64,000 nt of DNA from Octopus vulgaris (GCA_951406725.2 OX597839.1:40114001-40178000), one strand, 5' to 3'; shown: positions 1 to 15,539, numbered from the stretch's first letter. Notes: generated by a model from the letters alone, not told the origin. Numbers and translations: made by a program.

Positions 1-196
1 ATCATAAACATCCGTATATACACACCCATATATTTACCTCTCTATTTAACTGTCTAGCGATCTGACTAGCTATCGATCATTCTATCTGCATATATTTTTA
101 CTCTCCTTACAAAAAGAAAAACACTTCTATGTGCGCATCCGTTCACATACATTGTTACATAACAAGAAACACAGAGTCAGACACAGACATACATCA

Positions 197-238
<42 letters not shown>

Positions 239-359
239 GCCCTCCAATCTATCCAGCCATTCATCTGTCTGTCTCTCACTCTCTTTCTTACTGTGTCTGT
301 CATCCTTCCTTGCTCATTCTATCCACCTCTATCTCTGTCACTCTTCCTCTCTCTATCAA

Positions 360-392
<33 letters not shown>

Positions 393-417
393 TCCTCTCT
401 CTGTACATATGCATACC

Positions 418-637
418 TACGAAAGGGTGCTGGAAAGTTCTTTGGTTTAAGGGTGTCGCAAAAGGCCTGCTCGGAGGCCCAAATTTAGAGTTCCTTTCCA
501 GAACTTAGAAAACTGAAGGATCGCTGCAAAAATGTGTGAATCGGAGAGGGGAATATATTGAATAAAATCTTAATTAACTTATCTTCGTGTATTTTATTTT
601 ACGCAAACACAGGAACTTTTCTGCACCACCTCATGTA
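418..637 (+). mobile_element. Internally deleted mariner-type element (MITE-like)
   Basis: The ends are imperfect inverted repeats bounded by TA: left tacgaaagggtgctggaaagttc, right gaactttttctgcaccacctcatgta-like. The interior reads approximately KLKDRC.KCVNRRGEYIE* (with a frameshift), matching the mariner transposase C-terminal pattern LxxRWxKCVxxxGxYIE*. Confidence 0.7.
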
Positions 638-669
638 TGTATGTGTGTGTATACATACATACATATACA

Positions 670-751
<82 letters not shown>

Positions 752-1682
752 CAAACATATATATATGTATATACATACATATACAAATATACATTCACAG
801 CAGACAAACACAAACATGATGTTTATAGAGTCAATCACTGGTAACTTTCATACACCTGTATAAGCATATATACGCTACTAGATATGTACATACATGCAAA
901 TATACATTCATATATTTAGCCACCTATCTATCTATACTATCTCTTTGTCTGTCCGTCTGTCTGTCTATCAAAATATCTGCATATCTAGCTATCCACACAC
1001 TGCTGTAAAGTCGGACGCATCCACAAACATACGCACGTACATACGAAATCTCATGCATTTATGCATACACATAGCTAGAAAATATTGAATTGACTAGAAG
1101 CGATGGTTAAATTTGAAGCCATTAGAAACAGGCCGTTAGCAATTAAACGCCGCCGCCATATTTTCTTATATTTTCTTCATTATATTTCTCTTTCTTTCTC
1201 TCACATATTCACATCTTTCTGCTGTTTCGTTTTATTGTTTTCCCCAGTTTGTGTATTTGAACAAATATGAGTTAAGATCAATTTAGAAAATTAATAATAA
1301 CACGACATCTTTTCCTCTTTATCATCACCTCCACCATTTTCGATTAAATTATTTGAAAAATGAAAACTTGAAGTATAACAACCCATCACCGCACACCTCT
1401 CTCTCCGTTATCGCCACCTTCTCCGGCTTCTTACCCTCTCCACACATCCTCATATCCTCCAGCTCTTCATCTCCTTCAGCTTCTCTTCCACCTCTCGTCT
1501 TTGTTTATTCGCATAATTGTATCGAATTTTTATTTCATTTAGAAATTTCGTAACAACATAAAATGTAAATATTTTGAATAATTTACCTTTGTTTGAGAAA
1601 TACTTACATACACTCGTTCGCTTAAACAAACACTGCCCCTAGAAACGTGTGCACACTCACATACACAGCCACACATATATGC

Positions 1683-1731
<49 letters not shown>

Positions 1732-2059
1732 TTCATATATGTATATCAATATATGTCTATATCTATAAATATAATATATATATTATGCATATATATATAT
1801 ATGTTATATATATATATATATATACATACGAAAACATAAAGATATATGTATAATATACATATGTGTAGAAACGAGACTTAAGTTATACAAATATAACATA
1901 TCTCCTTCCTAGCATATCCTCACATACACACACTAACATGCACACACACACACGCGCACACACAGCATATAATCGGCCTATATATTTCTCTTTATTCTTC
2001 TTTGATAAAGGATTTAAATCCGAAAGGTCAAAACTCATTCTTTTCTCCTTTAAAACCTG

Positions 2060-2675
2060 AAATATATACCTTATCAATTTTGTGTTGCGTTCATAACTCT
2101 GTTTGGTGTTTCTTTCACTAATCGAGAAGATTTATTCCGTAATATTCATTTTCATTTTCCCGTGCATAGCGTATCTCAAGCCTTCTGTAATCCTGACGAG
2201 AGTACATCTTCCTCATTCGGGTTTCCATTCATGCGTCTTCCTGATACTTGGTAATTTCACACCATCCACTTACTGAAATTTATCTCTTTTTAACAACAAT
2301 ACATTCTTTATCCCAAATTCCATTTTAATGTCCTTGTTTGAAGAATTCACAGATTGAATCAATGAGTTCAGCTGTTTTTTCGTCATCCCCACAAAACTTC
2401 AAGTCCTCCTTAAAAAAGTCGATGCTTGATCCTGTCTTTCATTTCTTTGAATTCTTACCAAACTTTCGTTACATACACAACAGAAAAATCAATGTTAAGC
2501 AAAGAATCTTTTGGAAAGATTCCATGTTTGATTTTCACTCCCTTTCGAATTCGTTTGCTTTTCTGGCGAAAGAGTCGCACTTTCCGGAAGGCTATATTTT
2601 ACATCCGCTCCGAGGCCAGCTAATAATTTCCAGAGTTAAGTTCCGCACGAGTTAGGCATGTAATTACGGACATCC
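2060..2675 (-). pseudogene. Decayed R4/Dong-type non-LTR retrotransposon reverse transcriptase fragment
   Basis: Manual minus-strand translation gives ordered motifs RNYMPNSCGT*LWKLLAG (cf. NYRPITCL..WKLLTG), VKIKHGIFPKDSL (cf. IKRGIFQGDSL), RIKHRLF..EDLKFCG (cf. INHLLFMDDLKL) and QLNSLIQSVNSSNKDIKMEFGIK. Stops, frameshifts and an internal deletion are present. Confidence 0.7.
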
Positions 2676-2907
2676 CTCTCTTTTATTAGTCTATCTGTAT
2701 TAGGACTGTCTTTGTATTTGTCATACATGTTGGTGTTCCATTTTCTATATAGTGAGTTAGAGACCGAGATATCTGGCCGAGTATACTTGAGAGATTTTAC
2801 TTTTTTAACCAGAATCCCGGTATATAATCTGGGTCAAAGGGTTTTCGGTTTGGTATTTTGGTAAGCATATTTTTTCTATCATCATCATCATCATCATCAT
2901 CATCATT

Positions 2908-3118
2908 AAGGCGGTGAACTGGCAGAATCGTTAGCACGCTGGGCGAAATGCTTAGCGGTATTTCGTCTGCCGCTACGTTCTGAGTTCAAATTCCACCGAG
3001 ATCGAATTTGCCTTTCATCCTTTCAGGATCGATTTAAATAAGTACCTGTTACGCACTGGAGTTGATCTAATCGACTTAATCCTCTCCCGCAAGCTGCCCT
3101 TGTGACAAAAATTTGAAA
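2908..3118 (+). mobile_element. tRNA-derived SINE, family B
   Basis: Head ggcggtgaactggcagaatcgttagc (A-box-like), gagttcaaattcc (B-box-like), body gcctttcatcctttcaggatcgat...aagtacc. Many homologous copies occur in the window. Confidence 0.85.
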
Positions 3119-3124
3119 TTATTA

Positions 3125-3182
<58 letters not shown>

Positions 3183-3212
3183 CATTATTATTATTATTAT
3201 TATTATAATTAA

Positions 3213-3252
<40 letters not shown>

Positions 3253-3776
3253 GATATTATCGTTATTATGACCAGTTGTCATTATGTTTAATGACATTGT
3301 TTCCATGTCTTTAAATTCCGAGTTCAAATCACGCAACGGCCGACTTTATACTTTTATCGTTTTGGGTGCGGTAAAATAAAGTGTCACTCAACTACAGGAG
3401 TGAAAGTAGAAACCTCGTCATTGTTGCAGTTGTTGTTTATTTTAAAACCAAGAGTGTCCTAGCAGCCTTCGATCATCTATATATGATGCTATGGTGTGAT
3501 TTTAGCGAATTTGGTCACTATGTCTAACATATCTAAAGCTTAAATCGAGACTAACAGCGTTGTTATTGATAAAACTGTGGCTGGCGTCGCTGTTTTTGTT
3601 GTAGTTATTGAGGCAATTGTTATTTTCAAAATAAACTGCAGAAAAAAAATGTTTTACACAACTGCCTCTAATCGGATGGCGTGTTAATTGCCTTCCCCTG
3701 GTTGTGTGGCGGAAGTGGCGGTGGATATGTTCCTACAGTTGTTGTTCGTGTTGGAGAACAAGGTAGAAGCAACTGG

Positions 3777-3846
<70 letters not shown>

Positions 3847-3920
3847 CATATATATATATATATATATATACATATATATACTTATATACATATATATACT
3901 TATATTCATATATATATACT

Positions 3921-3989
<69 letters not shown>

Positions 3990-4081
3990 CGTTTCCATAC
4001 ATACATATATTTATATATATGTATGTATATATATAAAACTGGTATATATGCATACCTATATATGTATATATAAAGATATGT

Positions 4082-4131
<50 letters not shown>

Positions 4132-4688
4132 GTATGTATATATGGATATATATGTTTTATTTCAATATTCATTCGTTAATATAAATTATAGTTCTCACTG
4201 ATGTATATATACGCCAGAGGGGGATGATGATAGGGTGGAGGGTGGCAAACGGTGGGGATTGTTGTTGGTGGGGTGGAAAGGGACACGGCAATGGTTATGC
4301 CAAACGCTTTGCAATCGGTGGTGTTGGTGAAGGTGCTGGTGGTTTTGTAAGGGGCGGATCAGAAGGGAAAAAAGGAAACGAAGGGAGAGTGCAAAGAAGG
4401 GGGCGGAAGTGTTGGTGAAATAAAATGACAGGGAATAAAGTCTGCTGCAAGGATGTAGAAAAAAAAAGAGAAAATTATTTTTCCTTTTGTATGTTGACAT
4501 CGTAGTCTTTTATATACACTCACCGATTCTAATCAATGCTAAATCATGGCAGCTAGAGTATAGGCAAAATTACAATGATTCGAGGGTGTGTGTGTGTGTG
4601 TGAGATGGGTGTGGGCGTGTGTGTATGCTTGTGCATGTGTGTGAGTGTGTGTTTGTATAAATATGCAAGTGTGAGCTATATGAGATAC

Positions 4689-4732
<44 letters not shown>

Positions 4733-5276
4733 TATGTACAGATATATATACATACATATATACATAAACATACACAAATTTTAAAATATGTATGTATATA
4801 CATATATATATAAACATATATATATATATGTATATATATATTAATATTTATATACATATGCATATATACATGCAGATACAGAGATATAACAGACATATAG
4901 AAGCAGCTGTCTATCAATCTATCTATCAATCTATCTATCTATTTATCGATCTATCTATCTATCTAATTATTTATCTATCTATCAAACTCTCTATCTATCT
5001 ATCAGTCAATCTTTCTCGGTATCTATATGTCTGTCTGTCTCTCTCTCATTCAGACATATACATATACATACATATGTATGTATATGTCTGAATGTGTTGT
5101 TTGTACAGGCATTTCAATATTACATTGCGTAGGTAAGGGTGTATATAAATATATAGATAACATATCACTCTTTGTATACTTCTGTGTGCGTGCGTGAGTT
5201 TCTAAGACTGTGTAAGCATATGTGCATACCAGTAAGTATGAGTGTGTGTCTGTTTATACACACAAAAACATAGACG

Positions 5277-5327
<51 letters not shown>

Positions 5328-5336
5328 ATATATATA

Positions 5337-5428
<92 letters not shown>

Positions 5429-5754
5429 GTATATATATACATACTCACACCTATGCATATATGTGTGTTTGTGCCTTTGGGTGTTTCTGAGAACGTGTAG
5501 TGCAATATGTGTATTTGTGTATCAATATGTAAATTTACATGTACACATCAAATATGCATCAGTGTTGGATATAGGACAGCGTGTGTATAAGTGTGTATAA
5601 GTGTGTGAGTTCCATGAAGAGGAGGGTGGCCGTGTAGGTGGGAGGAGATGTATGCATGTCTGCGGGATATTGAAAATCTATCGATCTATATATTCATTTT
5701 ATACTTAACAATATACGCAATATGGATATGATCAGAACATAGAAAATGTATGTG

Positions 5755-5917
<163 letters not shown>

Positions 5918-6302
5918 CATATATATATATATATGTGTGTATATATATATATGAATATATATATGTATATACGTACATATGCATATATATATATATGGAT
6001 ATATATATATATATATATATAACACATAACAAGACATACAAGTGTATATCTATGATTGCAGTCACAATGCTATGTTGCATTTTAGGGCGAATAATTAGAC
6101 CTATACACTCACTCACGAAAATTTATGCAGTTAAATGTCCATATAGGACACACAAAAACACACACACACACAAACACAAACACACACATGCACATACAAA
6201 TACATACATAAAAACAAACAGAACACTCATATACAACACAATTTTGCACAAACTCGTGTCTAGCACAGGTTGTATGTTGCGTGTATATACATACATACAT
6301 AT

Positions 6303-6383
<81 letters not shown>

Positions 6384-6545
6384 TACAAATGTATATATAT
6401 ATGTATGCATACATATATATACATATGTATATATATATATATATATAAATATTTATATACATAGACATATATATTTATATAAATTCACATATATACACAC
6501 ATATATATATATACATATGCATACATATATATATATTTAGATATG

Positions 6546-6585
<40 letters not shown>

Positions 6586-6878
6586 CAGAAAATTGTATAT
6601 GAGTTTGAAATTTGAATACACGTACACAAATAGGCATGCGTATATACGTGAGCGTACAGATATATAATATCTATAAACATACATAAATAAGTAAAGAGAA
6701 AGAATATACACATATACATATATATGCGTGTGTGTGTTTGTGTGTGAGTGTGAGTGCGTGGATATGTGCGTTTCGGGGGTGTGTGTTTGGGTGCATGTAT
6801 AGCTCACTAGCGCATAGTGATAATGATAAAGCTGACTAAAATTTCACACATTTATATCCCATGCAAACAGATACTTCA

Positions 6879-6927
<49 letters not shown>

Positions 6928-6971
6928 ATGCATACATACAATTGTGCATACTCAGATTCATATATATATCT

Positions 6972-7024
<53 letters not shown>

Positions 7025-7558
7025 GTATGTATATATATATCGTGTATTTAAATATCTATATCTGCATATATTTACATGGACTCACATTCTCACATGTCTA
7101 TGCATAGAGACATTAATATATAAATACACACTCACGCACAATCACACACATGTATATAATATACATGTTTAAGTGTGCATGTTTGTATGCGTATGTGAGA
7201 GTATGTCTATCTATTTATCTATCTTTATTTATCTTATCTAAGCATATACACACTCACACATTTATATACATATACATATATATATATATAGGTGTGTGTT
7301 GGTGTGTGTGTATGTGTATACGTTTGTATATATATGCACATACACAGGAATGTATGTATATCGCCACAAATATATTGGTATTGCTTGAAGGTAGAATGGA
7401 AAGCAATTATGAGATATTCTGTATAGTCCATTTCTACGTGGTCTATAATATAAACTTATCTTTTGTGATACATGTAGTGTGGATGTGGGGGGATCAGTGC
7501 AGAGCGGTGTGGTGCAATTATGGCAATACAGCTTCTATGCTACATACATACGTGCATC

Positions 7559-7606
<48 letters not shown>

Positions 7607-7785
7607 GGCACATAAGAGCTTGAACATTTTACCACTATCATCTCGATTATAATCAATAATATGCAAACCTATATAGTTATATACATCCACAAATCAATCT
7701 GTCTATCTGTCATTTATCTATCAGTCATCTATCTATCTATTCGTCTATCTGCCCATCTGTCTATCTGTGTCTCTATCTAACTGCA

Positions 7786-7832
<47 letters not shown>

Positions 7833-7872
7833 ATATCCATATACCTGTTTATCCATTTTATCTACTTTATCC

Positions 7873-8016
<144 letters not shown>

Positions 8017-8080
8017 ATGTGTCTATCTATCCAATCTACCTATCTATATGCATGTTTGAATGAAAAGTTACATATTTTTA

Positions 8081-8625
8081 TACCGTGTATCCCAAAAGTC
8101 AGTGATGGGTTTCAATGCCTAATAACTTCCTTAACGTTACAGAAAATGCATGAAATTTTGTTACAGTATAAAGGATATAATGGACATTAATAGAAAGTCA
8201 AATTTTGCAAGACCATTACATCACATATGAAAAAGGATATCGCTTAAATGGCAGCCATTTTAGGCTTCGCACGTTCGTGCTCTTTCCAAAACTTACTCCA
8301 TAACAACCTCAAGAGTTTCAGACCCCGCTTCTCTGATTTCTCTATTGACTTTCTCCTTCAGTTGCACCAAGGTCTCCGGTTGTTGACATAAACCCTCTCT
8401 TTCAGGTATCCGCAAAAGAAAAAATCTGGGCTAGTTAAGTTTTGGGTAAGTGAAGGCCAGTTGACATTGCTGTAGCGGTAGATTAGTCTCACTCGAAAGC
8501 AGTGCTGTAGCAACTGCATTGTTTCTCTTGCGGTATGAGCAGTTGCCCCATCTTGCTGGAACCATGTGTGAGGTCTACTTTGAATGACCGGGCGCAACAG
8601 GGTCTCAATCATGGATACCTGAAAG
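8081..8625 (-). mobile_element. Tc1/mariner-superfamily transposon 3' fragment (transposase catalytic region plus probable terminal repeat)
   Basis: ORF 8358-8657 contains WFQQDGATAHTARETM and NWPSLTQNLTSPDFFFCGYLKERVY (cf. WPPRSPDLTPxDFFLWGYLKERVY). TA followed by ccgtgtatcccaaaagt at 8081 looks like a TIR end. Confidence 0.85.
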
Positions 8626-8653
8626 AAAGGGTTTACGTCTATATATATATATA

Positions 8654-8825
8654 TCACTTCACTTCACTTGACTGACCAGTCAGTCAGGCATCCATTTGAC
8701 ACCACTGGTCACAGTACGCTCTCCACTCCTCTCTGGATCGCGCCTTTCTCATCCACGTGATCCCAATCGCCCTCCTGAGGTCTTCCGGGTGGTCTTTTCC
8801 GCTCGCGCGGGTATCACTCGACAAC
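8654..8825 (-). mobile_element. RTE-clade LINE 3' terminal fragment with (aagtg)n tail
   Basis: Minus strand reads E*YPRERKRPPGRPQ then AIGITWMRKARSREEWRAYCDQWCQMDA*, the typical RTE C-terminus, followed by a short caagtgaagtgaagtga tail. Confidence 0.7.
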
Positions 8826-8868
8826 TGCGTGAAGCGGGGTGTGAAACTCTTGAGAAAGTTATGGTGTA

Positions 8869-9257
8869 CTAGCAGTATCGCCCGGCATTGCTCGGGTTTG
8901 TAAGGGAAATAACTATATAAACATTTTTAGAGAGTTATAGCCAAAAAATAACAAAAAAATGCATTAAAAATGGAAACAAAATGATGGTAAATTTTTTTTA
9001 AATCGTTGACTCATCGTAGACATTTTAAGAGAGTTACTTCCCTTTTTTAATAGCGAAAAAATGCATTAAAATGGAAAAAAATGATGGTAGATTTTTTTAA
9101 AAATCGTAAACTCATCGTACACGCGCGCTAATACCCAGAAGGGCTCGATATGAATCACGACTATAAGATACCCGGTTTTGGTTAAACTGCACCGCAAAAT
9201 GTGGGAGTTGTTAGGAATCTAAATCGTAGGAGACAGACACACAACTTGACTTTTATA
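8869..9257 (-). mobile_element. Non-autonomous Helitron-like element, copy 1
   Basis: Minus-strand 3' end is a GC hairpin cccgagcaatgccggg followed by CTAG|T. Homologous to 24270-24565 and 48430-48934, with an internal duplication of roughly 100 bp. Confidence 0.75.
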
Positions 9258-9820
9258 AAAATCGAAGTCAAGAAAGATTTAAACAAAATAAAAACGTTTT
9301 ATACGCCATCTTGCCAAACTCTGTGTATGTATATGTTTCTTTAGATACCGAAGGAACATGTTCTTTATAGAACAATTTCAAATAATCAGAGAGAAACAGA
9401 CGATAGAAAGGAAACATGAAGAAACTTTAAAAGCCAAAATATGTTAATTATTACAGCAACAGCATTATGTAAAATATCAGAAAGAAAAAAAAAAGAGTTT
9501 AAACGAATAAAACAATAAATGAACACTATTAACAGCTGTTGTAGTAGCAGCAGTAGTAATAGCTGTAGTGGTAGTAGTAGTGATACTACTAGCATATTTG
9601 ATTTAATTTTATAACCAGCAGATCTGTTAGTATCGGGGAAGTTCTTCAGTTCTTTATGGTCTCTCCGATATATTGGTTTAGATTATTGGCACAAGGTTGT
9701 GGCAGCCTTTGATTTTCGTTCCGATAATTTTGTTTATTGCTTGGTTGAATGTTGAAGGTTAGACAGTATTCAATCGATCCCCCAGTTCTTCACTGGTACA
9801 CTATTATTATTATCATTGTA

Positions 9821-9888
<68 letters not shown>

Positions 9889-9914
9889 CATCATCATCAT
9901 TATTATTATTATTA

Positions 9915-10002
<88 letters not shown>

Positions 10003-10072
10003 GTAATTATTATTATTATTATTATTATTATCTTATTATTATTATTATTATTATTATATACTATCATCATCA

Positions 10073-10103
<31 letters not shown>

Positions 10104-10129
10104 CATCATCATTACTATTATTATTATTG

Positions 10130-10197
<68 letters not shown>

Positions 10198-10737
10198 ATT
10201 ATTATCATTATTATTATTATCATTATTATTTTAACAATCTTATCGAATCTTTTTTGTTTCTTAGTATGATTTTTCAAGTGAAGAAAGGCAAAATAAATAT
10301 TGAAAAACGGAAAAGAAAAAAAAAATTAAAAAAAAAAAAATCAATCAATCCTTTAAGATTCGAACTCAGAAGTGTAAAATGAACATAATTAATTATCGCA
10401 AGCCATTTAGACGGATGCTCCATCGATTTTTGCCATTCCCTGCCCTTCCTGTTCCTTCTTTACTTTGATATATTAAAGTAACATGAAACGAAAACTAAAT
10501 GTATTGATATTTGTTTAGCTCACAGGTCAGGCCCCATCGAGCAGGCAAGTGATCAAAGATGTTACACCCTACACAATCGGTTTTACTGGTTCATCTGTCT
10601 ATCTATCTGTCTATCTATATATCTGTCTGTCTGTCTGTCTATCAATCTCTCTCTCTCTTCCTATCTCTGTCACTGCCTGTGGGCGAAAGCGAATATCATG
10701 TCGAAGTACAGGCCAACATAGGGATTTCGAACCACGC

Positions 10738-10793
<56 letters not shown>

Positions 10794-10794
10794 T

Positions 10795-11007
10795 ACTTTT
10801 CCACTCTAGGCACAAGACCCGAAATTTTTGGGAGCTGGCCAGTCGATTAGATCGACCCCGGAACGCAGCTGGTACTTAATTTATCGACCCCGAAAGGATG
10901 AAAGGCAAATAGACCTCGGCGGAATTTGAACTCAGAATGTTAAGACAGACGAAATACCGCTAAGCATTTCACTCGGCGTGCTAACGATTCTGCCAGCTCG
11001 CCGCCTT
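10795..11007 (-). mobile_element. tRNA-derived SINE, family B
   Basis: Reverse complement of the family-B head (aaggcggcgagctggcagaatcgttagc) and body. Confidence 0.85.
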
Positions 11008-11041
11008 GCGTGCGTGTGTGTATGTGTGTTTGTGTATTGTA

Positions 11042-11086
<45 letters not shown>

Positions 11087-11165
11087 ATATGAAACGCAAA
11101 GAACGTATTTTGTAATTTTGCCTTCTATATTACACACATACACAAACACGTTACTACGACACACA

Positions 11166-11223
<58 letters not shown>

Positions 11224-11639
11224 CATATGACTTACATTATCTACAATATGAAATCTCAAGGGTAGAATTAGCTGCCAGTATATGAGGACATGCGACCGCG
11301 TGAAGATTCCATCACCATAAATCTACGCACGTGTGTGTGTGTCTGTGTGCGCACGTGTGTATGATTACGTGTATGTATGTATACAATAAAGTTTTATAGG
11401 ACACATTTTAATAACGAACACTATCGTTTGTGATGATGTTTCTCGAAGAAACAATGGACGATTGATGCAAAATAAGAGACGAATAAATACTACGAGTTTG
11501 TGTTTCACTCCAAGAAGCTAATTTTAATAGTTTCTTGGCCAGTGTGGACATCTTTTCTTTTTCTGGAGAGCAAAACCACGCATTTATACACGCCGGCATA
11601 TATGCACACACCCTTATAACATATGAGTATGTATATTTT

Positions 11640-12354
11640 TTTTCTTTTATTTGTTTCAGTCATTTGACAGCGGCCGTGCTGGAGCACAGCTTTTAGTCGA
11701 ACAAATCGACCCCAGGACGTATTCTTTGTAAGCTTAGTACTTATTCTATTGCTAGGTTACGGGGACTAAGTTAAGGAATTTTGCCTACTGGAATTAAGTA
11801 TCAGTTGTGTACTGGGGTTGATCTAATCGACTGGCCCTCTCCCCCAATAATTTCGGGTCTTCTGCCTAGAGTAGAAAAGAATATATGTATATATATAAAT
11901 ATAGGCTTCACCGTATATTGTTTTCTACTCTAGGCACAATGCCCGAAATTTAAAGGGAGGTTGGGGACAGTCGAATAGATCAGCCTCAGTACGCAACTGG
12001 TACTTAATTTATCGACCCCGAAAGGACGAAAGGCAAAGTCAACCTCAGCAGAATTTGAACTCAGAGCGTAAAGACAGACGAAACACCGCTAAGCATTTCA
12101 CACGGTGTGCCAACATTACTTATTTCTTTATTACCCACAAGGGGTCTAAACATAGAGGGGACAAACAAGGACAGACAAAGGGGTTAAGTCGATTACATCG
12201 ATCCCTGTACGCAACTGGTAGTTAATTAATCGACACTGAAAGGATGAAAGGCAAAGTCGACCACGGCGGAATTTGAACTCAGAACATAAAGACAGACGAA
12301 ATACTGTTAAGGATTTCGCCCGGCGTGTTAACGTTTCTGACAGCTCGCCGCCTT
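11640..12354 (-). mobile_element. SINE cluster: family A 3' fragment, a plus-strand family B tail and two head-to-tail family B copies
   Basis: ttgtttcagtcatttgac...gctggagcac (A tail) near 11650, a B tail at about 11790-11880, and B copies at about 11920-12115 and 12120-12354. Confidence 0.8.
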
Positions 12355-12457
12355 GGTTTTTCCATATATTGAAAGAGGGCTTATAAGCCACTCCATCTCG
12401 TATATCTTCGTGATAAGTGTTCTGACTGATTAAATTTAGAAATTATAATTTCATAGT

Positions 12458-12839
12458 GGAAGCACTCCGTCGGTTACGACGACGAGGGTTCCGGTTGATC
12501 CGATCAACGGAACAGCCTGCTCGTGAAATTAACGTGTAAGTGGCTGAGCACTCCACAGACACGTGTACCCTTAACGTCGTTCTCGGGGATATTCAGCGTG
12601 ACACAGAGAGTGACAAGGCCGGCCCTTTGAAATACAGGTACAACAGAAACAGGAAGTAAGAGTGAGAGCAAGTTGTGGTGAAAGAGTACAAGCAGGAATC
12701 ACCACCATCCCCTGCCGGAGCCTCGTGGAGCTTTAGGTGTTTTCGCTCAGTAAACACTCACAATGCCCGGTCTGGGAATCGAAACCGCGATCCTATGACC
12801 GCGAGTCCGCTGCCCTACCACTGGGCCATTGCGCCTCCC
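12458..12839 (-). mobile_element. Full-length tRNA-derived SINE, family C, with 11-bp TSD
   Basis: Minus-strand head ggaggcgcaatggcccagtggtagggcagcggactcgcgg...ggtttcgattccc (A and B boxes). Direct repeat aatttcatagt at 12447-12457 and 12840-12850. Confidence 0.85.
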
Positions 12840-13229
12840 AATTTCATAGTATTAAGTGTATAAACATGAGCATATCCTGCGTATGTTCTTTGTAATTGTC
12901 AGTACACAATGAATCCTTTTATTATACTTTCAGTCGTCGGCGTTTCTTAATTTACGCAAGATACACGTATATGTGTGTATGGGAAAGGCGTTTTCCGAAG
13001 AGCATTGTGCAATATGGAAACAATTAGAGTGTTACATAAAGCCATTGAAATTTAAATAAACTTTAGGCGTCGAAAATAACCAAACAAAGAGAGCCTAGTG
13101 TTAACTCTGAAATATACTCCAGAGATTTCTGGTTAGGAACACTTTAAAGATACTTCAACTTGAAACCGTGACGCTCAACTGTAATAAGTAAATCTTCAGC
13201 CTTTGAAGTTGCTTCTATCTCTGTCGTAG

Positions 13230-13915
13230 CCGACGAGCTGGCAGAAACGTTAGCACGCCGGGCGAAATGCGTGGCCGTATTTCGTCTGCTGTTATGTTCT
13301 GAGTTCAAATTCCACCGAGGTCGACTTTGCCTTTCATCCTTTCGGAGTCGATAAATTAAGTACCAGTTACGCACTGGGGTCGATGTAATCGACTTAATAC
13401 CTATGCCTGTCCTTGTTTGTCCTCTCTGTGTTTAGCCCCTTGTGGGTAGTAAATAAATAGAAATAGGTATTTCCGTTTGCCGTTACGTTCTGAGTTCAAA
13501 CACCGCCGAGGTCGACATTGCTTTTCATCCTTTCGGAATCGATAAATTAAGTAGCAGTTACGCACTGGGGTCGATGTAATCGACTTAATCCGTTTGTCTG
13601 TCCTTGTTTGTTCCCTCTGTGTTTAGCCCCTTGTGGGTAATAAAGGAATAGGTATTTCGTCTGCCGTTACGTTCTGAGTTCAAATTCCGCCGAGGTCGAC
13701 TTTGCCTTTTATCCTTTCGGGGTCGATAAATTAAGTACCAGATACGCACTGGGGTCAATATAATCGACTTAATCCCTTTCTCTGTCCTTGTTTGTCCCCT
13801 CTGTAGGTAGTAAACAAATAGGTATTCCGTTTGTATGCCCTTGTCTGTGTGTAGCCCCCTGGTGAGCAGTAAAGAAATAAGAAACGCTAGCACGCCGGGC
13901 GAAATGCTTAATCGG
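13230..13915 (+). repeat. Tandem concatemer of SINE-B bodies (one head plus about 3 units of about 185-190 bp)
   Basis: Head gagctggcagaaacgttagc at about 13235. The body restarts at ggtattt(c)cgt after the A-rich tail near 13467, 13651 and 13821. Confidence 0.8.
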
Positions 13916-14388
13916 CATAACACTCATAAGGGTTTACTTGGTCCGGAGTTATAGTAGAATACGTAGAATACAGTCACCCTAGTTGGCACGCCGTGGCACT
14001 GACCCCGGAACCTTCTTGTTAGGAAACAAACCTCTTACCACGTGGCTACGAATGTACCTATATGCACCTGTACGTATATATGTGTGTGTGTGTGCGTATG
14101 TGTGTTGTGTGTATTACCTTTGTGAAGTAGTCATTTACAAGAAATAGTTCCAATTTCATGAGACTCATTTAATATATCAGTGTATTGATATCTTTCTTTT
14201 CTTAGATAATTCGTGTCGTATTTGAATTGTTGTTTCCTTCGCAATTATTTTATGCAAAAAATAATGTCTGGCTATTATTTATGTGGTTGTGAGACTATAG
14301 GTACGCGCCTATTCTTATTTGTGTATAGATATATCATCGGATATATTTTTTTATATAGCTCTATATATACAGAAATACGTATATACAC

Positions 14389-14441
<53 letters not shown>

Positions 14442-14486
14442 ATATATATATGTATATATACTTAGAGATATATATGTAGATATATT

Positions 14487-14524
<38 letters not shown>

Positions 14525-14534
14525 AGAATATATC

Positions 14535-14572
<38 letters not shown>

Positions 14573-15346
14573 TATATATACACGATATGTATATAGATAT
14601 ATATACCCATACAAACACACACACACACACACATATATGCATTTAAAAATGTATATACACATATATATATATACGTATATTTACAGGCATATATATATAG
14701 GTATATATACACATACAAACACACACACACACATATATATATATATATGCATCTATATATATATATGTGTGTATATATACATATATATGCATATATATAT
14801 ATACGTATATATGCATATATATACGCATATATATATATATATAAACACATATGCGTGAATATATGTATATATATATGCATCTGTACTCGCACGCACGCAC
14901 ACACACGCACTCACATACATAAATCGAAAACACACACATACACAGACATACACACATATATCTAGCTGTACGATTGTATTCGTAAACGTGTTAAGAATCA
15001 CAGCGTTCAGGAACTGCAAATGAATCAGGACAAGATGGAGGCGAACGTCTGAATGAGAACCGTATGCAAAACGTGATTTTTACTGTTATGACAAGCGAGG
15101 CTGAATGTGTGACTATAAAATTTATGAATTTAAGTGAATTTAAATGACTGTGTATATTATGAATGCGAGGATTACTAAATAAGCAGCCAGAGAGATAGCC
15201 TGGGCTTGTTGCATGCTAGGTGAATAGAATAGATAAGCACATATGTGCTTATATATGGAATGAGGCAAATGGTTTGATGTGCAGATATGAAATCAGATAG
15301 ATAGAAAGACAGATAGAGACAGCCAGTTGTATAGATAGACAGATGG

Positions 15347-15493
<147 letters not shown>

Positions 15494-15539
15494 TACATAT
15501 ATATATGTGTGTATATATATTTCTATCTATCTATCTATC

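Noticed and set aside
1600-1645. Possible micro-exon on minus (ttctag...gtaagt); a similar donor lies near 19762
   Set aside because: Splice-like words alone are common, and there is no coding or neighbouring exon support.
12770-12839. tRNA gene (also the heads of SINE A, B and D)
   Set aside because: A/B boxes are present, but they continue into SINE bodies, some with TSDs, and I could not fold complete cloverleafs.
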